Assembly: GCF_000186885.1 (NCBI RefSeq)
Contig: NC_014972.1
Location: 2,160,001 to 2,192,000 of the forward strand
Length of the DNA stretch: 32,000 bases
Reading direction: 5' to 3'
Source of the DNA: Desulfobulbus propionicus DSM 2032
GTDB taxonomy: Bacteria > Desulfobacterota > Desulfobulbia > Desulfobulbales > Desulfobulbaceae
The position numbers were made by a program, and so were the translations under genes. Shown in pieces: positions 29,495 to 32,000 of the stretch. How positions within the stretch are numbered: the first letter of the stretch is position 1; each line of letters begins with the position of its first letter. The notes under the pieces are model-generated. The model ran no database searches. It was given only the letters and a program-made list of their open reading frames with translations, and was not told the DNA's origin.

Positions 29495-30356
29495 CCGACT
29501 TCTCCTTTTGCTGTTATCTTGGTCAATTAAATCCCATTCTGACACACTGAAAATCGTTTTCGCCAAAGGCGTGGAAATGCTCTCCCCCAAGGCCGCATCG
29601 TCGGCCACGCGTTCTTGTCCCGTGGGTGAACGCTGCCTGGAAACCGGAGCACGATCGCCAGCCAATCTCGTCGCTCAATGGAGCAGACCTTGCACCGCTT
29701 CGCCAATCAACACTACCAAGTGTGATGTTGTACTCGAAAACAAGAAAGGCCACAACAAGCTATCTCATTAAATCAAATCTATTTTTCCAGAAAAAAATCT
29801 CCTGCCCCCTCCCTGCTCCGCCGCATGCCGGAAAGAATGACACCAGTAGCGGAACCCAAAAAAATCAAAAATGACCGTATGCGTTTTAACTAATTATTTT
29901 ATCGAGGAATGAGCGTGAATATTGATTCATTTCCCATTCACCAAATCTTTTTGCTGTTGACAAAAGAGCCAATCTCAAATAGGAAAATGCGAAACTTTAT
30001 GTTAATTAGTTTTAGCCTGTTATTCAATTTTTCCCACCTGAACGACAGGACGGTTTTTTGGTGTTCAATGTTCATTTTCACTCAGCCACCCTTGTTGGTG
30101 AGCGGACGATCGCAAGAAAGAGGTAGTAAAAAAAGAGTTAGCTAAAGGCTTTTCCGCGATTTGCTGGAAAAGACCAGTTTTTCCCTTGCAGTCGATATCG
30201 GCTTCGGTTCACGGTTGAAAAAACGAGACCGGAAGTGTGCATCATCTGTAAATATTCCGACGCGGTCGGAGTACCCACTTGAGGAAAATTGGCTCAACGT
30301 ATGACAGACAGATTCTCACAAGTTATTGTACAAGGTTTGCGATCCAGTCAAAAAAT

Positions 30357-30405
30357 AGACCGGCGAGACAGCAGTTCATAATCTGTTGTTTTCCGGTCTT
30401 TTTTT
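30357..30405 (+). terminator. Intrinsic-terminator-like hairpin inside the leader of the CoA-transferase genes
   Basis: AGACCGG (30357-30363) pairs with CCGGTCT (30393-30399). An inner helix ACAGCAG/CTGTTGT adds one G-U pair. The stem runs directly into T7 (30399-30405). An A6 tract precedes the stem, giving a bidirectional appearance. The hairpin ends 76 nt before the TTG at 30482. Confidence 0.55.
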
Positions 30406-30481
30406 GTATAGGGGGATCCCGGAGGGCCGCTGGGCGGCAACCGGGCAATAAAAACGCTTCATAGACAGGAAGAGGTACACA

Positions 30482-31498
30482 TTGGAAACTAACGCGAAAA
30501 TGTTCTGGACAGGTTTATCACCCGATGAAGCAAGGGAAGCACTTGTCAACAAAGACAAGTCCAAAAAAGACAAACGAATGACGCTGAAGGAAGCGGTTTC
30601 CAAGTTTGTTAAGAATGGCGACAATGTCGGTATCGGCGGATTCGTCAATCTCCGTCAGCCCGTAGCCATCTGTCATGAAATGGTTCGGCAAGGCTTCAAG
30701 GACCTGACTCTCTCCTGGCAATCCGCAGGCATGGCAGCTGAAATTCTCGGCGCCGCGATGATCGCCCGGCCGGATCATTTTTCTATCAAGCGGATCGAGC
30801 TGGCTTATTGGGGACATGAGTCCTTTGGTCTGTCTCCCTCCTGGCGCTATCTCGCCGAACGCGGCCTGATCGAATTCGAGGACTGGAGCAACTACAACAT
30901 GTCTGCCCGGTTCAAAGCCGGTGCCATGGGCCTGCCTTTCCTGCCCACCCGCGGTCCCTTGGGCGGCGACATCAAAAACACCAGCCGCACCAAGATTATC
31001 GACTGCCCGTTCACGGGACGGCCGATTGCCCTTGTCCCGGCCTGCCATCCGAACGTGGCCATCATCCATGTCCAGGCAGCGGACATGTACGGTAACTGCA
31101 TCATTCGCGGCACCGACGCCACCTGCCCGGAAATCGCCATGGCCGCGAAACACTGCATCGTCACCTGCGAGCAGTTGGTTTCCCACGAACTGATCGTCAG
31201 CAATCCGAAGGACATCCTTATTCCCTTCCCGGCTGTCGACGCAGTCATTCATGTACCCTATGGTGCCTATCCGGGTGCCTGCCGCCGCCACTACTATTTC
31301 AACGGCGACCATATCCGTGATTTCCTCGGACGTATCATGCCGATGGTCAAAGGTGCTCCGGCCGATTCACTCAAGGCTTGGTTTGACGAGTATATCTTTG
31401 GGGTCGAAACCTTTGAGCAATATCTGGACAAATTTCCGCTCTCCAAGATCCTGGCGGACAAAGCGGCGGAAGCGGTCCATTGCGAGCGGTTGGCCTAA
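30482..31498 (+). CDS. Family-I CoA-transferase subunit A (glutaconate CoA-transferase GctA-like)
   Basis: From MTLKEAVSKFVKNGDNVGIGGF onward it is collinear with GctA-type alpha subunits (AGAMGLPFLPTRG, VAIIHVQAADMYGN, AAKHCIVTCEQL, AVIHVPYGAYP). The TTG start at 30482 has GGAAGAGG upstream; ATG 30500 is an alternative. Confidence 0.85.
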   Translation: METNAKMFWTGLSPDEAREALVNKDKSKKDKRMTLKEAVSKFVKNGDNVGIGGFVNLRQPVAICHEMVRQGFKDLTLSWQSAGMAAEILGAAMIARPDHFSIKRIELAYWGHESFGLSPSWRYLAERGLIEFEDWSNYNMSARFKAGAMGLPFLPTRGPLGGDIKNTSRTKIIDCPFTGRPIALVPACHPNVAIIHVQAADMYGNCIIRGTDATCPEIAMAAKHCIVTCEQLVSHELIVSNPKDILIPFPAVDAVIHVPYGAYPGACRRHYYFNGDHIRDFLGRIMPMVKGAPADSLKAWFDEYIFGVETFEQYLDKFPLSKILADKAAEAVHCERLA

Positions 31499-31557
31499 TC
31501 TCCAGCAGCCTGAGTCATTGAAACGGAACCTCTCGGAACACTAGACAAGGAGTCATC

Positions 31558-32000
31558 ATGACAGTTTCAACGGATTACACCGCCCAAGAAATCATCGTTG
31601 TGGCGGGGTCAAAGATATTGGAAGACAACAAGATCGTCTTTGTCGGGACGGGCCTTCCCATGGTTGCCTCGCTCTTGGCTATTCTTACCCATGCCCCCGG
31701 ATTGATCGTGGTCTTCGAGGCCGGTGCCATGGGTCCGCCCCTGACACATGGTCTGCCCATTTCGGTCGGCGATTCCAAGACCGGAACCGGCGCATCCTAT
31801 ATGAAGGGCCTGAACGCCGCCTTTGAATTGACCCAGCGCGGATACGCCGATTTCGGCTTCATCGGTGGCGCCGAGGTCGATATGTACGGCAACCTCAACT
31901 CCACCATGATGGGTGATTACCCCGCAAGTTATGCCAAGCCCAAAGTTCGTCTGCCGGGTAGCGGCGGCGCCAGCGACATGGCGGCCTCCTGCGAGCGAAC
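31558..32000 (+). CDS. Family-I CoA-transferase subunit B (GctB-like), 3'-truncated by the window end
   Basis: It is absent from the ORF track because no stop is reached. AAGGAG (31544-31549) precedes ATG 31558. My translation is MTVSTDYTAQEIIVVAGSKILEDNKIVFVGTGLPMVASLL...VVFEAGAMG...GGAEVDMYGNLNST...LPGSGGASDMAASCE. VFEAG is the candidate catalytic-Glu motif. Confidence 0.85.
   Translation, partial: MTVSTDYTAQEIIVVAGSKILEDNKIVFVGTGLPMVASLLAILTHAPGLIVVFEAGAMGPPLTHGLPISVGDSKTGTGASYMKGLNAAFELTQRGYADFGFIGGAEVDMYGNLNSTMMGDYPASYAKPKVRLPGSGGASDMAASCER

Noticed and set aside
29495-29720. A cobalamin riboswitch upstream of the PduO-type adenosyltransferase.
   Set aside because: I looked for a B12 box (consensus roughly AGYCMGGAGACCKGCC) on the minus strand and found none. 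The only loose resemblance (GGAGCAGACCTTGCAC near 29680) is on the plus strand, the wrong orientation. An Infernal scan would be decisive.
29909-30145. A 78-aa ORF, plus 30279..30464 (61 aa), inside the AT-rich island.
   Set aside because: Neither has an SD. Composition is atypical for this genome (Phe/Leu/Ile/Asn-rich from AT-rich DNA) and there are no motifs. The second starts at TTG. Both are more likely non-coding regulatory DNA.
30430-30447. A sigma54 -24/-12 promoter (TGGGCG-N-GGGCA) before the CoA-transferase gene. Other TGGCAC-like strings at 18127-18132 and 221-236 were also considered.
   Set aside because: GG-to-GC spacing is off by one from the strict TGGCAC-N5-TTGC geometry, or the -12 TTGC element is missing.

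Overview
GC-rich, gene-dense chromosomal window. Gene content (HydG, a Tat-exported [FeFe] hydrogenase, a CXXCH cytochrome, a glutaconate-type CoA-transferase) suggests an anaerobic, possibly Desulfobacterota-type bacterium; this is inference only. I support 24 protein-coding genes. By eye I found no rRNA, tRNA, CRISPR array, transposase or integrase.

Layout:
1. 347-5101 (+): a secreted SH3b protein, then a translationally coupled four-gene operon of tandem-repeat unknown, TreT, OtsB and OtsA, giving two trehalose routes in one operon.
2. 5233-8532 (-): an orphan EncFtn-like mini-ferritin, a beta-lactamase-fold serine hydrolase with an N-terminal repeat module, and a CNNM/CBS/CorC transporter-like protein.
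3. 8872-15467 (+): an unusual ACP-FAAL-TM-acyltransferase fusion, a long-chain acyl-CoA synthetase and a 573-aa secreted protein of unknown fold.
4. 15589-17988 (-): a Cache-HAMP-MCP chemoreceptor ending in a CZB zinc domain.
5. 18356-23664 (-): hydG plus a three-gene module for a Tat-exported [FeFe] hydrogenase joined to a HybA/FdnH-like 16-Cys ferredoxin and an NrfD/HybB-family membrane subunit. It is preceded by a sigma70-like promoter overlapped by a perfect 22-bp palindrome.
6. 24382-26565 (-): a GGR-family flavoprotein, a membrane diheme cytochrome c and PpsR.
7. 26843-29494: a GltD/NfnB-like oxidoreductase convergent with a PduO-type adenosyltransferase plus FNR-like flavoprotein pair.
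8. 30482-32000 (+): family-I CoA-transferase A and B subunits behind a ~1 kb intergenic region (pduO start 29494 to 30481), of which ~0.7 kb is AT-rich and carries an intrinsic-terminator-like hairpin.

The best candidates for something undescribed are the quinone-module-linked periplasmic [FeFe] hydrogenase, which has a variant H-cluster motif TSCSPGW, and the self-contained ACP-FAAL-LPLAT lipid enzyme operon. All functional calls come from motif recognition by eye; no database search was possible.
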